Shown here one piece after another: positions 61,548 through 64,000 of a stretch of DNA of 64,000 bases. Numbering within the stretch: position 1 is the first letter of the stretch; the number at the start of each line of letters is the position of its first letter. The DNA is from Nageia nagi. Its lineage: Eukaryota > Plantae > Pinophyta. The position numbers and the translations under genes are program-made. The notes beneath the pieces were generated by a model, which was given only the letters and a program-made list of their open reading frames with translations, was not told where the DNA came from and made no database searches. Location of the stretch: assembly GCA_050084985.1 (NCBI GenBank), contig JBITNC010000001.1:101060001-101124000 (forward strand), in the 5' to 3' direction.

Positions 61548-63800
61548 TGATGAAATTAACCCTTTTTGAATTAATCTCTAGTTTACCAAGATCTCAAGAA
61601 GGAACTTACAATATCAACACAATAGCATAATAACACATGCCAATCTCATAAATAACATAATATATAAAGTAGTTCCTCCCTCCTTGGGAGTACATCCACT
61701 AACTAAGATCTTATTCTCAAGGACCTCTCTTATAAAATATCTTCTCTCTCTTCAAACCCTAAACCTAGAGCAAAGCTTGCTTTACAATTATGTGTAATAA
61801 TAAGAGGAGGGGTGCCTATCTATTTATAAGAAGAAACCCACCCTTTAACCTCCTTTTAACCCAAGGGTAAAGTTAAAGGTGTTTTTATATTTATTCTCTT
61901 AATGCTTTAAGGTATCTAAAGATACTTTAAGCATTAAGTGAATTTATATTAAAGAGAAATATTACATAATATTACATTATAAATTCTAACACTCCCCTTA
62001 ATGTAATATTGGGATAGAGCATAGAGAAAGAAGAAAGAGAAAGTAAGAGAGAGTTCTTCTCCAAAGAGATACAAGCAAAAATGAGAACTTTTACATCTTG
62101 AGAAATAAGCAAGATCTTAGTTTGAGACTCACTACAATACCATTTGACAAAATGGTTTACAATACAATTATTAACCATAAATTGATTTCACTTTAAGTAT
62201 AGTCGATCAATACTGAGTTGACATGTGAGCCTCCATAAGCTTGCCCATTTGAAGTAAGTAACTTGCAGTCTCAAGATGAAACCTACAAGCTACAAGTAGC
62301 TCATAAACAAGATCAGTTAGATGCACCATATAAAATATTCATATCAATACTACTATCTGCTACAAGAGGCTACAGGTGTCATTCATAGATATATTCTAGA
62401 ATTCCATTCTTTTGGTATACACCAACCACTGCACTTGCTCATCTTATACCAACTTTGGGGTTTTTTTTATGTGGCTCTTCCTCCTCTAGTCTACTTCAGA
62501 AATAAAAAATTAACTTCTACACAATCCTTAGAATAATTTTCCTAAGACTCCTTGAGTAGTTTACGATATGAAAATTTGAAAACAAAGAGCATGGAGACAA
62601 ATCTACATATACCTAATAGGATCACCACATGAGATCATACTATTATGATAAGATCACTTTCAATAACTCTATCCTTTTTGATATCCAGAACATGAAAATG
62701 TGGTTATACATTACTTCTAAATGGTGCTAGTAGTAATCCTCTTACAAAGAATCCAATGAATGGATCAATCAACACCAACTCTATTCTATGTATAATGAAC
62801 CTCTCCCTTTTCCAACACTTAGAGACTAGTTAGCTCAAATGATCTGGTGTTCTAATTTTGTAGGATTTAGAAACCCTTTTTCATTATACATAAGAGAGAA
62901 ACTCTTCATTGAAAATGACACAATAAATGATGAGGCATCAATTCACCATTTAAATTGTCAAATCCAAGCTAGTGTTCATGCTATATGCAATTGGGTTCCT
63001 TATTCCAATGATTGAGATTCTAATCAAACAAAATGCTTTGAACTGAATTGAAATTCTAGAAATGAAATAGTACACTCATAAAATGAGAATAATTAAAATA
63101 ACTAAAATAGTAAATTGGTTGTTCAGATAAATACATTAAACTCCACACTCAAAGTTGAAGATATACTCATAAACTAATCTCAAAAAGTAAGTAAATGAAG
63201 TGGGTATCTTCTACTTGTTGAAATGGCCCTTCCTCTTCTGATAGAAACACCCAAAAAACTCATAAATAAAAAGGATTGCTCTTTATTCCAATATTTACTC
63301 ATAAATTGATTACAATAATAATTCTCTAACTAGCTAACCTCTCTTACCTTACTAAGAGAGATATTTATTTCTCTTTTTCCCTAAAACTAAAAACCAAAAA
63401 CTTAATTACAAATGGCTATAAATAGTCTTTTTTGACAATAAACTATTCCTTCCCAATAAGACAATCTAAAATATGCATGAATATGCTTAGAATACACCTA
63501 TATTCAAATCTATAAGCTATTATTAATATCCAACCTATTTATCCAATACATAATGTTGATGACAACTATAGATTTCTGGTGCTAGAGATCTCATAGTTGG
63601 CTGTGTATGAATTGTATCTCCCCAATTTTAGAGCTAAGATATTTCATGGAGATCTTGGTTGCATATAGAGGCTACTCATATATTCTTCTTCCAAAATGTG
63701 CAAATAATCACCACCATATGATATGGATCCTTGGGATTTAATCCAAATCATACAATATTTTAAGATAATCTTTTTATCCCTTTGTTTGCTCTCACATAAA
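61548..63800 (-). mobile_element. Copia-like element nested in the upstream gypsy gag (3' LTR 61548-61991)
   Basis: On the minus strand TAAGGGGAG PPT, then TGTTAG...TTTCATCA with TATAAATAG; it interrupts gag at 61547; interior degenerate, right boundary not resolved. Confidence 0.6.
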
Positions 63801-64000
63801 CATAAAAAGTATTAAATTCAATAATAAATATGAAAGGTTAGAAAAAAAAATATTACATTTATCATCTAATTAGACTAGCATAAAAAGTATTAAATTCAAT
63901 AATAAATATGAAAGGTTAGAAAAAAAAATATTACATTTATCATCTAATTAGACTAGCATAAAAAGTATTAAATTCAATAATAAATATGAAAGGTTAGAAA
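63801..64000. repeat. Perfect 78-bp tandem repeat, at least 2.5 copies, running off the window
   Basis: Unit CATAAAAAGTATTAAATTC...TAATTAGACTAG starts at 63801, 63879 and 63957. Confidence 0.95.

Overview
AT-rich eukaryotic (land plant) genomic DNA. Giant TE-filled introns, the LTR families and PLS-class PPR remnants suggest a large-genome gymnosperm, but that is inference. The single intact host gene is HCAR (7-hydroxymethyl chlorophyll a reductase) on the minus strand. I assembled it by hand as 13 GT-AG coding exons (ATG at 56067 down to 8021; 891 nt, 297 codons, phases consistent, no stops); its last exons lie to the left of the window. Most exons are absent from the ORF track because they are only 28-112 nt long. 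Introns of 30.3 kb, 9.3 kb, 5.3 kb and at least 8 kb hold a nested TE archive: an intron-containing hAT transposase, an RTE/RTEX-like LINE, L1 and copia remnants, five solo LTRs with target-site duplications (TSDs), a TRIM-like element, CRM-like and Ogre/Tat-like gypsy remnants, and PPR pseudogenes. The two most unusual items are a gypsy derivative whose RT/RNaseH/integrase region is replaced by about 2.2 kb of mostly open, PPR-like reading frame (26.4-28.8 kb), and a complete TSD-flanked gypsy element in which an RT block sits inside gag, joined at a GATGAG microhomology (18080-23505). All protein-family calls come from motif recognition by eye, not database searches.
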